This document shows, one piece after another, positions 52,282 through 61,442 of a stretch of DNA of 64,000 nucleotides. How positions within the stretch are numbered: position 1 is the stretch's first letter; each line of letters opens with the position of its first letter. Source of the stretch: Candidatus Latescibacterota bacterium (GTDB lineage: Bacteria > Latescibacterota > UBA2968); NCBI GenBank assembly GCA_965204375.1, contig OZ241986.1, positions 2,336,001 through 2,400,000 of the forward strand, given 5' to 3'. The notes beneath the pieces were generated by a model. That model saw only the letters and a list, made by a program, of their open reading frames with translations, searched no databases and had not been told where the DNA came from. The translations under genes and the position numbers were made by a program.

Positions 52282-54704
52282 ACTTTTGCATCCACCAATT
52301 CCAACAACAACTGTTGTGCATCCCAAAAATGCGGCATGGTTTCCAACAGCGCGAGCACCTCGGCTTTTGCGGCCACAACCTCGCCCTTTTTTGCGAGCGC
52401 CTCCGCCAGATTGAGCCGATGCTCGGCGCGTCCTGGTACATCCAGATAAATAAGCCGACGCCAATCCGCGATAGCCGCATCCCAGTCTTCCAGCATCTCG
52501 TGAACCTCGGCGCTTCGCGTCAGTATCTCAACCTGAAAAGGACGCACCGCCAATGCCCGGTCCAGCACTGCACGCGCAGCCGCCCAGTCTTTATCCTCCA
52601 CATACAATCCGCCCAATGCCAGACAGGCTTCATGCGCCATCGCATCCCATCCAACGAGCTTTTTTAATGCTCTGCGATACCACTCCGGATCACCGCGCAT
52701 AGCACCGGCATCCGCCCATAGCCGCAAAGGCGCATCCTCCGCTGCATAATCTGGATACAAATCATACGCCTCCAAAAAAAACCGCTCTACATCCGCCCAG
52801 TTCTCTGCCTCAACCGCCTTTTTCCCTGCATTTAATTTCTGGCGAAATTCCGAATTTTTGGACAGAGCCTTGAGGGGCGCGCATCGATTCCCCAGATACT
52901 CCATAAACCGCTCATCCATAATACGAGCAGAAACACCACTGGCCGAAATCAACGCCTCAACAGCCTCCATTCCATCACCAATGCGGCCGAGTGCCGTCAC
53001 CAGTGCATCGTGGCCGTAGTGATTTACGTAAAAAGCCACAAACTCGCCCGATACAAAATACCCATACATCAGATGCATCGGCGTTTCTGGATCGGTAAAA
53101 AACCGCCCGAGATCGCCTACAGCGGGAAACCCCTCGCCATCCACAATATGCTTAAATTCCGGCCCCAGTCGCTGCCCCCACGACACATCCTTTTGCGTCT
53201 CTTCATAGACCGAAATCCCCTCCGACAACCAGCGCGGCATGCGATTGTGGGTCTTTTGCAGCGTAATCACATGCACAAACTCGTGCCACAACACCTGTTG
53301 CCAGTTCATCGTACCGGGGGGCCGTGCCCGAGGAGAATCCATCGTGACCAACCGCCCAAAACAAATACCCAAATGCCCCGCATTGCCCGGCAGACCAACC
53401 GACCGCACCATAAACACATCGTGATCGTCAAACACCTGCACCACCACGGGCGTGTGCAATTCAATATTGTATTTTCTCTGATAGTACAAAGCCGCTTCAT
53501 TGAGCAACTTCAACAACTCATCGGCCATCACCTCGGCTTCTTGCCTGGGCAATTGCAACTTAAAAATACCGCGCGATATCGTATCAAAACCATCGATCGC
53601 ATCGGCAGCTTCGAGCAAATTATACGCCCGCACGCTATATGGATCGGCAGCAAAAACCTGCTCCAACTCGCTCCGCGCCTCGGCATCTTTGCCCAACCGC
53701 AACAAATCATACGCCAACAGCAGCCGCGCCTCGACATCTTTTGCATCAATTTCCAACGCTCGCGCTTGAAAAGCACGCCCTTCTTCAAACCGGTATTGCC
53801 GAGACGCAATGCGCCCAGGAATGCGAAAAGCACCTGAAAAATACCCATTAAAAGCCAATGCCCGTTCCTGTATCTCTTGCATCGACATAGAATCGTCCAA
53901 CAAAAAAAACGCCGCCGCCTTTAACCCCAGTGCTTTCAGGTGATTTGGATTAACAGACAGGATAGAATCCAGCACCTCAAGCGCATCACGTGGCGCGTTG
54001 CGATCCAGCAATTGCTCGGCTTGCAACCGCTGGACCTCTAAATGATTCGGATTGAGGGCGAGAAGTTGCGTCATCACCTCCAAAACCCGCTCATCGCCCG
54101 CGTGATAATAGCACCACATCAACCCCGCCAAAGCCTTCTGGTTCTCGGGATCCAACGCGAGCGCTGCACCGTATTTCTCTGCCGCCACATCAAAAGCGCG
54201 TTTATCCAGCGCCAGATTGCCCGCCGCAACCAGCACAGACGCGCTATTGGGAAAAACCTCAGCCATCAAATTGTAAAACCGCAACAGCGATTTTGGATCT
54301 TCGCCCTGTAACTCGCGCAGACGCGCAACTGCGATCAAATCATCGACATCAGGGCGATATTCCGACAACAAGCGCACCTGATTCTCGGCCTTCATCAATG
54401 CCAGACCATAATCGCCCATCCGACCGCGCAGGCGATACAACTCGGCCAATCGCACGGTCACATCGGGCGCACTTCCAACCCCTTCCAACTGCTCAATTGC
54501 ATCGTCAACACGACCCGTCAACACCAGCAATTCGGCATAATCCCGCCGCGTTGACCACGGGTGATAAGACGCGCGCTCGAGCACTTTCACCGCCTCGGCA
54601 TAATCGCCCCGCGCCCACAGTGTGCGATAATCCGTCTCCTGTGCAAAAACGCTCTCCGCGCTAAAGAGTATTGCGAAGATTAAAGATGTAATTTGAGAAC
54701 GCAT
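52260..54704 (-). CDS. Secreted TPR-repeat protein with peptidase MA (HEXXH) domain
   Basis: Signal peptide ending SVFA|Q; TPR-like helices (ALALDPEN, LALNPNH); VLWHEFVH followed by PRWLSEGISVYEE. Confidence 0.85.
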   Translation of the reverse strand: MRSQITSLIFAILFSAESVFAQETDYRTLWARGDYAEAVKVLERASYHPWSTRRDYAELLVLTGRVDDAIEQLEGVGSAPDVTVRLAELYRLRGRMGDYGLALMKAENQVRLLSEYRPDVDDLIAVARLRELQGEDPKSLLRFYNLMAEVFPNSASVLVAAGNLALDKRAFDVAAEKYGAALALDPENQKALAGLMWCYYHAGDERVLEVMTQLLALNPNHLEVQRLQAEQLLDRNAPRDALEVLDSILSVNPNHLKALGLKAAAFFLLDDSMSMQEIQERALAFNGYFSGAFRIPGRIASRQYRFEEGRAFQARALEIDAKDVEARLLLAYDLLRLGKDAEARSELEQVFAADPYSVRAYNLLEAADAIDGFDTISRGIFKLQLPRQEAEVMADELLKLLNEAALYYQRKYNIELHTPVVVQVFDDHDVFMVRSVGLPGNAGHLGICFGRLVTMDSPRARPPGTMNWQQVLWHEFVHVITLQKTHNRMPRWLSEGISVYEETQKDVSWGQRLGPEFKHIVDGEGFPAVGDLGRFFTDPETPMHLMYGYFVSGEFVAFYVNHYGHDALVTALGRIGDGMEAVEALISASGVSARIMDERFMEYLGNRCAPLKALSKNSEFRQKLNAGKKAVEAENWADVERFFLEAYDLYPDYAAEDAPLRLWADAGAMRGDPEWYRRALKKLVGWDAMAHEACLALGGLYVEDKDWAAARAVLDRALAVRPFQVEILTRSAEVHEMLEDWDAAIADWRRLIYLDVPGRAEHRLNLAEALAKKGEVVAAKAEVLALLETMPHFWDAQQLLLELVDAKVSADERR

Positions 54705-54803
54705 AATCAATGAGTAAAATTATTCCCTATTCAAAGGCATATTGAAGTGTTTTTTCCATATCAATTTTGACCTTGATATCATCTGGTTTGTTCCATCTCA
54801 GTG

Positions 54804-54827
54804 AACTGGTCTGGACTACGACCAGTT
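54804..54827. terminator. Hairpin downstream of aldo-keto reductase
   Basis: AACTGGTC-N8-GACCAGTT. Confidence 0.35.
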
Positions 54828-54849
54828 GTACACCGTCCCCCACTTCTTC

Positions 54850-55821
54850 TCACCTGTTATACGGAAAATGCCCCCCACGCACATTGCGCCACACCGCGTC
54901 ACAAGCCTTTAAGACATCCTCATCCAAACGCCCATCTGCAGCCTGAATATTATGCGTCAGGTGTTCCAACTTGCTCGCACCCAAAATCATCGAATCGACA
55001 ATTGACTGAGACATCAACCATTGTAAAGACAATTCAATCATCGTCTTGCCAGCAGAATGTGCAATCTGCTTCAATTCATCAAGCGCATCAAAATTGCGAT
55101 CATACCAGAACCTGCCGTAATAATCCCTATTCAAATCGAAACGCGTACCCACTGCCGGTTCGGTACCCCGCGTGTGTTTGCCCGTCAGCATACCTGCTGC
55201 AAGCGGATTATATACCGCCATTCCAATATTCATTTCACGGCTAAACGCAACGCACTCCTCATCGATACTCCGCGTAATCAAATTATAGGGCACCTGCAAC
55301 ACCACGGGCGATGCCCAATTGTTTACATCGCATTTCCAAAGCGCTTTCATCACCTGCCATGAAGCGAAATTCGACATCCCCACATATATAATCTTGCCCT
55401 GTTGTACCAATGTGTCAAACGCCGCCATCGTCTCTTCAAGAGGCGTATCCCAATCGGGCTTGTGCAAATAGAGAATATCCAGACAATCGGTCTGCAACCG
55501 CTTCAAACACGCTTCCACTCCCCGAATCACATGCCAGCGGTGCAACCCCTGATCCTTAATCTCGTCCTGTCCGACAAAATTGGCGATCTTGCTCGCCAAA
55601 ATCACCCGATCGCGTTTGCCCTTGAGTGCCTTACCCACAATTTCTTCGGACACACCATTGACATAAGTATCTGCCGTATCGATAAAATTCACACCGGCAT
55701 CCAGAGCCGTATCCACCATGCGAATAGACGTAGCCTCATCGGCCTGATCGCCAAATGTCATAGCTCCCAAACATATACGCGACACGCGAATACCCGTCCC
55801 TCTCAAAACGCGATACTCCAT
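54850..55821 (-). CDS. Aldo/keto reductase
   Basis: VSRICLGAMTFG, GVNFIDTADTY, LASK, LKRLQTD..DILYLH, YNPLAAGMLTGK; AGGAGG RBS. Confidence 0.93.
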   Translation of the reverse strand: MEYRVLRGTGIRVSRICLGAMTFGDQADEATSIRMVDTALDAGVNFIDTADTYVNGVSEEIVGKALKGKRDRVILASKIANFVGQDEIKDQGLHRWHVIRGVEACLKRLQTDCLDILYLHKPDWDTPLEETMAAFDTLVQQGKIIYVGMSNFASWQVMKALWKCDVNNWASPVVLQVPYNLITRSIDEECVAFSREMNIGMAVYNPLAAGMLTGKHTRGTEPAVGTRFDLNRDYYGRFWYDRNFDALDELKQIAHSAGKTMIELSLQWLMSQSIVDSMILGASKLEHLTHNIQAADGRLDEDVLKACDAVWRNVRGGHFPYNR

Positions 55822-55913
55822 CTCTCCTCCTAACTGTTGCTTGTGCAATGTTTTTTTTTATCTTTACCACTATCGCTATAACATAACACCGTTTCGTGAC
55901 TTCGCAATATACT

Positions 55914-56087
55914 ATGATCTGGCTCTTCATCTTCATTTTTATTGCATTTTGGGTCTATATGGGCATTGAACTCTACCTGTATTTCCGCAAACCCCAAAAT
56001 ACCGACAACTGGGACGACATGTCCGAATGGGCGTGGCGGCGCACAGTGCGCAAAGCCATTGACGAGATGTTAAAAGAGAAGCGGTAG
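55914..56087 (+). CDS. Small single-pass membrane protein
   Basis: MIWLFIFIFIAFWVYMGIELYLYFRK then charged tail; ends 12 bp before ctaA. Confidence 0.55.
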   Translation: MIWLFIFIFIAFWVYMGIELYLYFRKPQNTDNWDDMSEWAWRRTVRKAIDEMLKEKR

Positions 56088-56099
56088 TCAGCAGGTTTT

Positions 56100-57041
56100 A
56101 TGAACGCCTTCCAAAAAACCGCCATCACCACCCTCGTTGCGATCCTCTTGCTCATCGGCGTTGGCAGTCTCGTGCGCGTTTCAGGCGCGGGCCTGGGATG
56201 TCCCGACTGGCCCCGGTGCTGGGGCTGCTGGTTCCCACCCTCGAGTATTGACGACATTGACCGAGCCTATCTCGCAGAACGCGGGCTAAACATCGAAGAC
56301 TTCAACCCGGTCAAAATGTGGATCGAATACATCAACCGCCTCATCGGCATGATCATCGGCCTGCTGGTCATCGCTACCTTCTTGCACGCCATCACATATC
56401 GCACAACACACCCCGCCATCTTCTACGGCTCGCTCATTGCCGTCTTCCTCGTTGGCTTTGAAGGCTGGCTCGGCGGACAAGTCGTACAATCCGGCCTCAA
56501 ACCCGGCATGATCACCCTGCACATGGCAGGCGCAATGGTACTCTTATGCCTGTTGCTCTACGTCACATTTCGCGCCGTTGACATCCGCCTTCCGGTCACA
56601 TTGCCCTCCCCCAAAATGCTCGCCCACCTCTCTGCTCTGCTCTTCATCATCGTCTGTATTCAGATGCTACTCGGCACACAGGTGCGCGAAGCCATTGACC
56701 CCTACATCAAAAACAGCGCGGGCGTCGCTCGCAGTGCATGGATCGCCAATATTGGCCTTATGGATCACATCCACCGCTCATTCACCTGGGTAGTACTTGC
56801 CGTTGCCGCTTATCTCGTCTATATCATACGCAAAAATGCCATAGGAGGCTTGCTCAAAGTGAGCAGCCACCTCTCATTCGCACTCATCCTATTCCAGGCA
56901 GCCACTGGCATTGCCCTAACTTATGGCGGCCTACCCCGCGTTTTTCAAGTACTCCATCTCGTAACCTCGGCCCTGCTAATCTGCGCGGTCTATACCCTGT
57001 GGCTCACACTGAGAGCCACCAATACAAGGAGGTCTCCATGA
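56100..57041 (+). CDS. ctaA: Heme A synthase, COX15/CtaA family
   Basis: GSLVRVSGAGLGCPDWPRC, WIEYINRL, GWLGG.VV, ITLHM, HIHR, QVLHL; about 8 TM segments. Confidence 0.85.
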   Translation: MNAFQKTAITTLVAILLLIGVGSLVRVSGAGLGCPDWPRCWGCWFPPSSIDDIDRAYLAERGLNIEDFNPVKMWIEYINRLIGMIIGLLVIATFLHAITYRTTHPAIFYGSLIAVFLVGFEGWLGGQVVQSGLKPGMITLHMAGAMVLLCLLLYVTFRAVDIRLPVTLPSPKMLAHLSALLFIIVCIQMLLGTQVREAIDPYIKNSAGVARSAWIANIGLMDHIHRSFTWVVLAVAAYLVYIIRKNAIGGLLKVSSHLSFALILFQAATGIALTYGGLPRVFQVLHLVTSALLICAVYTLWLTLRATNTRRSP

Positions 57042-57997
57042 AAGTTTCCGTCTGGCACCGCGAACTCTCCGATTCGTATCTGCGATTTGTCACCCAACTC
57101 GGCGCTGACGCCCTCGATTTTGGGACTGATACGGACATTCCCGGCGTTGCAGAACAGGGGTATCCCGACCTGGATGAACTTCTAAAAATAAAGAAAAAGA
57201 TCCAGTCCTGGGGCTTGTCGATCAACCGCGTCAGCCTGCCCAATATCACGGAAAAATTTATGACCGATCAACCCGGCGGCGAAAAAGAACTCGAAAATAC
57301 AAGTACGGCACTGCGTATACTTGCCGAAGCAGGCGTACCCATTGCCCGACAGCGATTCTGGGGCGACACCTTTAACGAACTCATGTTTCGCTATCGATCT
57401 GAACACCGCGGCGGATACCTCTCGCGAGGCGAAAGTCAGGCATTGACCAAACCCGTGCCCGAAACACCCGACTACGAAGCCCTGCAAGACTGGTGGAAAC
57501 ACTTCTGCATCGTCTATGAAAACCTCGTGCCCATAGCCGAAGAAACCGGGATTAAACTCGCCATTCACCCGTCCGACACCCCCAATCCGGACACCCCGCT
57601 GGGCGGCCTGGGATTTCACCGCGTCATCGACGCCTTTCCCAGCGCGCAAGTGGGCTACCTCTACTGCTGCGGCACCCGCGCCGAAGCGGGCGGCTCTCCG
57701 CTCGTCCTCGACGAAATTAACAACTACGGCCGCAAAGGCCGCATCTTTATGGTACACTTCCGCAATGTGCGCGGCTCACTCGCCACAGCCCGCGGTTTTG
57801 AAGAAACCCTGCTCGACGACGGTGACATGAACATGTTTAAGCTCTTGCTGGAACTCGACCGCGTGGGCTTTGACGGCTGCCTGAATCCCGACCACATTCC
57901 CGGACTCGAAGGCGATAACGACCCCATCACTGGCGGACTGGCTTACTCCGTGGGCTACATCAAAGCCCTATTCGCCGCTCTCGCTGCCCTGCCGTGA
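57038..57997 (+). CDS. Mannonate dehydratase (UxuA)-like TIM-barrel protein
   Basis: LVPIAEETGIKLAIHPSD, VHFRNVRG, FEET..DDGDMNM, NPDHIP, AYSVGYIKAL; AGGAGG RBS and ATGA overlap with ctaA. Confidence 0.8.
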   Translation: MKVSVWHRELSDSYLRFVTQLGADALDFGTDTDIPGVAEQGYPDLDELLKIKKKIQSWGLSINRVSLPNITEKFMTDQPGGEKELENTSTALRILAEAGVPIARQRFWGDTFNELMFRYRSEHRGGYLSRGESQALTKPVPETPDYEALQDWWKHFCIVYENLVPIAEETGIKLAIHPSDTPNPDTPLGGLGFHRVIDAFPSAQVGYLYCCGTRAEAGGSPLVLDEINNYGRKGRIFMVHFRNVRGSLATARGFEETLLDDGDMNMFKLLLELDRVGFDGCLNPDHIPGLEGDNDPITGGLAYSVGYIKALFAALAALP

Positions 57998-58103
57998 TGA
58001 AGTGTGAAGTGTGAAGTGTGAAGTGTGAAGTGTGAGATGAAGCACCCGCCTTTGGAGTGGTGTTGGGTGGACTTCTAACTTCTTCCTTCTTACTTCTCAC
58101 TTC
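57998..58103. repeat. Heptamer array (TGAAGTG)x5 with an inverted degenerate ACTTCTN array
   Basis: 57998-58032 five exact copies; 58071-58103 ACTTCTA ACTTCTT CCTTCTT ACTTCTC ACTTC. Confidence 0.85.
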
Positions 58104-58104
58104 C

Positions 58105-58133
58105 TTGACAACCCATAGGCGATTTGATATATT
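58105..58133 (+). promoter_or_regulatory. sigma70-type promoter for tRNA-Leu(CAG)
   Basis: TTGACA-17 bp-TATATT with TGn extension. Confidence 0.7.
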
Positions 58134-58154
58134 TGCCTTCGCACTGGATCAGGT

Positions 58155-58241
58155 GCCGAAGTGATGGAATTGGTAGACGTGCGGCGTTCAGGGCGCCGTG
58201 GGCTTAGGCCCGTGTGGGTTCGAATCCCACCTTCGGCACCA
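58155..58241 (+). tRNA. tRNA-Leu(CAG)
   Basis: GCCGAAGTGATGGAATTGGTAGACGTGCGGCGTTCAGGGCGCCG...GGTTCGAATCCCACCTTCGGCACCA. Confidence 0.95.
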
Positions 58242-58276
58242 TAAATTAAAAAGACAATCTCCTCACACAGCGACAC

Positions 58277-58311
58277 AAAGGATTATGCCGATTAGGTATA
58301 ATCCTTTTTTT
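58277..58311 (+). terminator. Rho-independent terminator after tRNA-Leu
   Basis: AAAGGATTATGCC-GATTA-GGTATAATCCTTT continuing into a T-run. Confidence 0.7.
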
Positions 58312-58360
58312 CCTATCCATCTTGCGAAAACAAGATATGGTGGATAGAAAGACGATTGCC

Positions 58361-58630
58361 ATGAAAACATTCACAGTTGAATATCCCGAATCTGTCCTAA
58401 CAACATTGAAACTCAGCCCCGAATCCTTTGAAGAACGAGCGAGAGTCGCGATGGCGGTGAAGCTCTTTGAAACGGGTCATTTGACCTCTGGACAGGCCGC
58501 AAAATTGGCAGGTATATCCCGCGTGGAATTTATGTTGCGCTGTCGGGAATTTGGAACGCCAAGCGTCACCTGGGATAAGGAAGAGCTTGAAGCAGAATTT
58601 AATGTGAGTCACAACGGAGCGCGAGAGTGA
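58361..58630 (+). CDS. UPF0175 family protein (antitoxin-like)
   Basis: MAVKLFETGHLTSGQAAKLAGISRVEF...FG; acidic tail. Confidence 0.8.
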   Translation: MKTFTVEYPESVLTTLKLSPESFEERARVAMAVKLFETGHLTSGQAAKLAGISRVEFMLRCREFGTPSVTWDKEELEAEFNVSHNGARE

Positions 58631-59514
58631 TCAGTTACGGAGAAGGGGTTGCACTCGGGGCGTCACTGGTTTGGGCATCCACCAGCCTCGTCTTAAGAAC
58701 GCTATCTCAGCACCAACCATCGGCACTCATCACAGCCATCCGCTGTGGAATTTCCGGGCCTTTTTTCTGGATGCTACTACCTTTTGGTCCACCCCTATCC
58801 ACACTGGTCAACGTACCGCTACATGAATGGGGGCTTTTGATCGGCTCCGTTTTCATCGGCATAGTCATTGGCGATCAACTCTATTTACACGCCATGAAAG
58901 AAATTGGCGTATCGCGCACAATGGCACTGGTTGGCACCCTTCCGATTACCACGCTAATTTGGGAGCAATTACTGCTCGATGTACCTGTCACCCACACCTT
59001 TATTTTTGGATGTGTATTGGCTGCATCTGGCGTTATCTTACTTTCCCAACGACCGCGCCAAAATCGCACAGACACACAAGAACACCCCATCCGCCTCAAA
59101 CGCGGGATAGTCTTCGCACTCATCACAGCCCTGCTCTGGGGTTTGAGCACCACCATGCTCAAACCCGCGATGGCACATCTCACCAGTATCCAAGCCAACA
59201 GCGTGCGAATGCCGCTCGTAGCCCTGGCATTATTCGGTATTTGGCGACTCAATCAGGGACGCGGCAACCTGCGCGACATCGGATGGCGTACATTTGCCCT
59301 GATTGCTCTGACAGGACTTTTGGGCATGGGCTTCGGATCTTTCTTCTATGTCGAAGCCGTTCTGTTCATCGGCCCCGCCAAAACAGCAACACTGACAACG
59401 GCAACCCCCGTCCTTGCACTTATTCTGGCCGTAATCTTTCTGAAAGAACAAATTACACTCCGCCTCCTCACAGGCGTTGCGCTCTGCGTGACCGGCGTTC
59501 TGCTCGTACTTTGA
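58627..59514 (+). CDS. EamA/DMT family transporter
   Basis: About 10 TM segments in two repeats; IGVSRT, IGPAKTA, FLKEQIT. Confidence 0.88.
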   Translation: MISYGEGVALGASLVWASTSLVLRTLSQHQPSALITAIRCGISGPFFWMLLPFGPPLSTLVNVPLHEWGLLIGSVFIGIVIGDQLYLHAMKEIGVSRTMALVGTLPITTLIWEQLLLDVPVTHTFIFGCVLAASGVILLSQRPRQNRTDTQEHPIRLKRGIVFALITALLWGLSTTMLKPAMAHLTSIQANSVRMPLVALALFGIWRLNQGRGNLRDIGWRTFALIALTGLLGMGFGSFFYVEAVLFIGPAKTATLTTATPVLALILAVIFLKEQITLRLLTGVALCVTGVLLVL

Positions 59515-59539
59515 CTCCTTCATTTAGGAGATTGCACAG

Positions 59540-59567
59540 TTGACAAAATTTAAGTGAGAATTACATT
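59540..59567 (+). promoter_or_regulatory. Putative sigma70 promoter of the nitrile hydratase operon
   Basis: TTGACA-16 bp-TACATT upstream of AGGAG RBS. Confidence 0.45.
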
Positions 59568-59623
59568 ATGAAACCCTTCGGAAACCCAATGAACATACAC
59601 AACAGCCAAACACAGGAGTAACC

Positions 59624-60295
59624 ATGGACGGCATTCACGACATGGGTGGGATGCATGGATTTGGTCCCATAGAGCGCGAAGAAAACGAACCTTTATTTCA
59701 CCACCCCTGGGAAAGCCGAGTACTCGCCATCTCCGTAGCCACACCTGTACCGATTCCCGGAGGCTCCCGCAACAACATCGAAAACATGGACCCCGCGCAC
59801 TACCTCTCGTCCAGCTATTACGAAAAATGGCTGTATTCCCGTATCAAAGGACTGATCGACGCTGGCGTACTAACCCCGGAAGAAATGGAAACGCGGATGG
59901 CGCTCTTCCGCAACAATCCCAATGCCGAAACTCCTGTACATCCCGACCCCGATGCCGTCAGAGCGGAACTTAAGCGCTCTCGCCCTGCTACCCCACCCCA
60001 ACAGAAAATGGACATCCAGCCGCAATTTTCCAATGGCGACCGCGTAAAAGCGCGCAATATCCATCCCGAAGGCCACACCCGGCTTCCCCGATATGTAAGG
60101 GGTAAATACGGCACGATCACAAATTACTACGGCATCGACAACCTCCAGGACGCCGAACTGCCCACAGGGTATACAAACCGCCAGCAACCCTTATACGCCG
60201 TGCGCTTTGAAGCCTCGGAACTGTGGGGTAGTGCCGCCGAAACAAAAAGTGCCGTCTATCTGGATATGTGGGAAAGTTATCTGGAATCCGTTTAA
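59624..60295 (+). CDS. nthB: Nitrile hydratase beta subunit
   Basis: MDGIHDMGGMHGFGPI, FHHPWE, YLSSSYYEKW, GHTRLPRYVRGK, DMWESYLE. Confidence 0.95.
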   Translation: MDGIHDMGGMHGFGPIEREENEPLFHHPWESRVLAISVATPVPIPGGSRNNIENMDPAHYLSSSYYEKWLYSRIKGLIDAGVLTPEEMETRMALFRNNPNAETPVHPDPDAVRAELKRSRPATPPQQKMDIQPQFSNGDRVKARNIHPEGHTRLPRYVRGKYGTITNYYGIDNLQDAELPTGYTNRQQPLYAVRFEASELWGSAAETKSAVYLDMWESYLESV

Positions 60296-60323
60296 CCATC
60301 CCTAAGCACAAAAGGATTCTTTT

Positions 60324-60914
60324 ATGAACACCGCCGAGACTGATGCAGCCCTGCGCACCAGAGCGCTCGAATCGCTCCTGATCGAAAAGGGATTGATTAC
60401 AGAGGACATAATAGACGAAGTCGTAGAAAAATACGAAAAAGACGTAGGTCCCCTCAACGGTGCCAGAGTGGTTGCCCGCGCCTGGACCGATCCGGACTAC
60501 AAGCAACGGCTGCTTGAAGATGGCAGAGCGGCGATTGCCGAACTGGGTTTTGACAGCGCGCATGGTGCCAAAATCGTCGTAATGGAAAACACCCCAGGCG
60601 TTCACCACCTCGTCGTCTGCACCCTTTGCTCCTGTTATCCCTGGTCCGTACTCGGCTTGCCCCCAAACTGGTACAAATCCTACGCGTACCGCTCCCGAGC
60701 CGTGCGAGAGCCAAGAGCCGTCTTGCAGGAATTTGAACTCGACTTACCCGATACCGTAGAAATCCGCGTCTGGGACAGCAACTCGGACCTCCGCTACATG
60801 GTCCTGCCCGAACGCCCTGCTGGCACAGAAGGCTACACCGAAGAACAACTCATTCCACTTGTCACGCGCGACTCAATGATCGGCGTCGCCAAAATCGAAT
60901 CGCCCGCAAAGTGA
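60324..60914 (+). CDS. nthA: Nitrile hydratase alpha subunit, cobalt type
   Basis: VCTLCSCY metal-binding motif (T/Y signature of Co-type); [26 protein letters not shown]. Confidence 0.96.
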   Translation: MNTAETDAALRTRALESLLIEKGLITEDIIDEVVEKYEKDVGPLNGARVVARAWTDPDYKQRLLEDGRAAIAELGFDSAHGAKIVVMENTPGVHHLVVCTLCSCYPWSVLGLPPNWYKSYAYRSRAVREPRAVLQEFELDLPDTVEIRVWDSNSDLRYMVLPERPAGTEGYTEEQLIPLVTRDSMIGVAKIESPAK

Positions 60915-60921
60915 GGCCAGC

Positions 60922-61272
60922 ATGACGCAAAAAACCGATAAAAACATCACCACTATGGAAGCGCGAATCGCCCTGCCCAGAGAAAATGGAGAACTCGTTT
61001 TTCAGGCACCCTGGGAAGCGCGCGCTTTCGGCCTTGCCGTTGCACTCAACGAAAAAGACCTCTACAAATGGCAGGAGTTCAGCTCCCAATTGGCTTCGGA
61101 AATCGCGGCAGCAGAACAAAACAACACCCCATCAAGCTACTATGCCCGATGGGTCGCCTCCCTCGAAGAATTGATCATTGCCCAGGGCTTAATCAGCCGG
61201 AAACAACTGGACGCCAGAATAGCGGAATACGCCTCTGGCATTCACGACGATCACGATCATCACGACCACTAA
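60922..61272 (+). CDS. Nitrile hydratase accessory/activator protein with His-rich tail
   Basis: LVFQAPWEARAFGLAV, YYARWVASLE; C-terminus HDDHDHHDH. Confidence 0.88.
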   Translation: MTQKTDKNITTMEARIALPRENGELVFQAPWEARAFGLAVALNEKDLYKWQEFSSQLASEIAAAEQNNTPSSYYARWVASLEELIIAQGLISRKQLDARIAEYASGIHDDHDHHDH

Positions 61273-61292
61273 AATTTACGACAGAAAAACAG

Positions 61293-61325
61293 AAAGGGTT
61301 ACGCCATCTCGACGTAACCCTTTTT
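61293..61325 (+). terminator. Rho-independent, possibly bidirectional terminator
   Basis: AAAGGGTTACG-loop-CGTAACCCTTTTT between convergent genes. Confidence 0.8.
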
Positions 61326-61410
61326 AACTATTAACTTTACTGGCGTTGTGCTCAGCGTATGCCTATGCTGTGATCCTTCTCAAATTACGCGCTCTTCTTT
61401 TGATTTTTCC

Positions 61411-61440
61411 ATCTGCGTTCATCTGCGTTCATCTGCGGAT
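61411..61440. repeat. Decamer repeat element, second copy
   Basis: ATCTGCGTTC ATCTGCGTTC ATCTGCGGAT, 2 bp past the sulfatase stop. Confidence 0.75.
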
Positions 61441-61442
61441 CC

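Noticed and set aside
38903-54664. Long + strand ORFs such as 43540..44811, 48096..49046, 49217..50080
   Set aside because: Antisense to well-supported minus-strand genes; no motifs.
56738-57037. N-terminal extension of ORF 56738..57997
   Set aside because: Overlaps ctaA; the RBS-supported start is ATG 57038.
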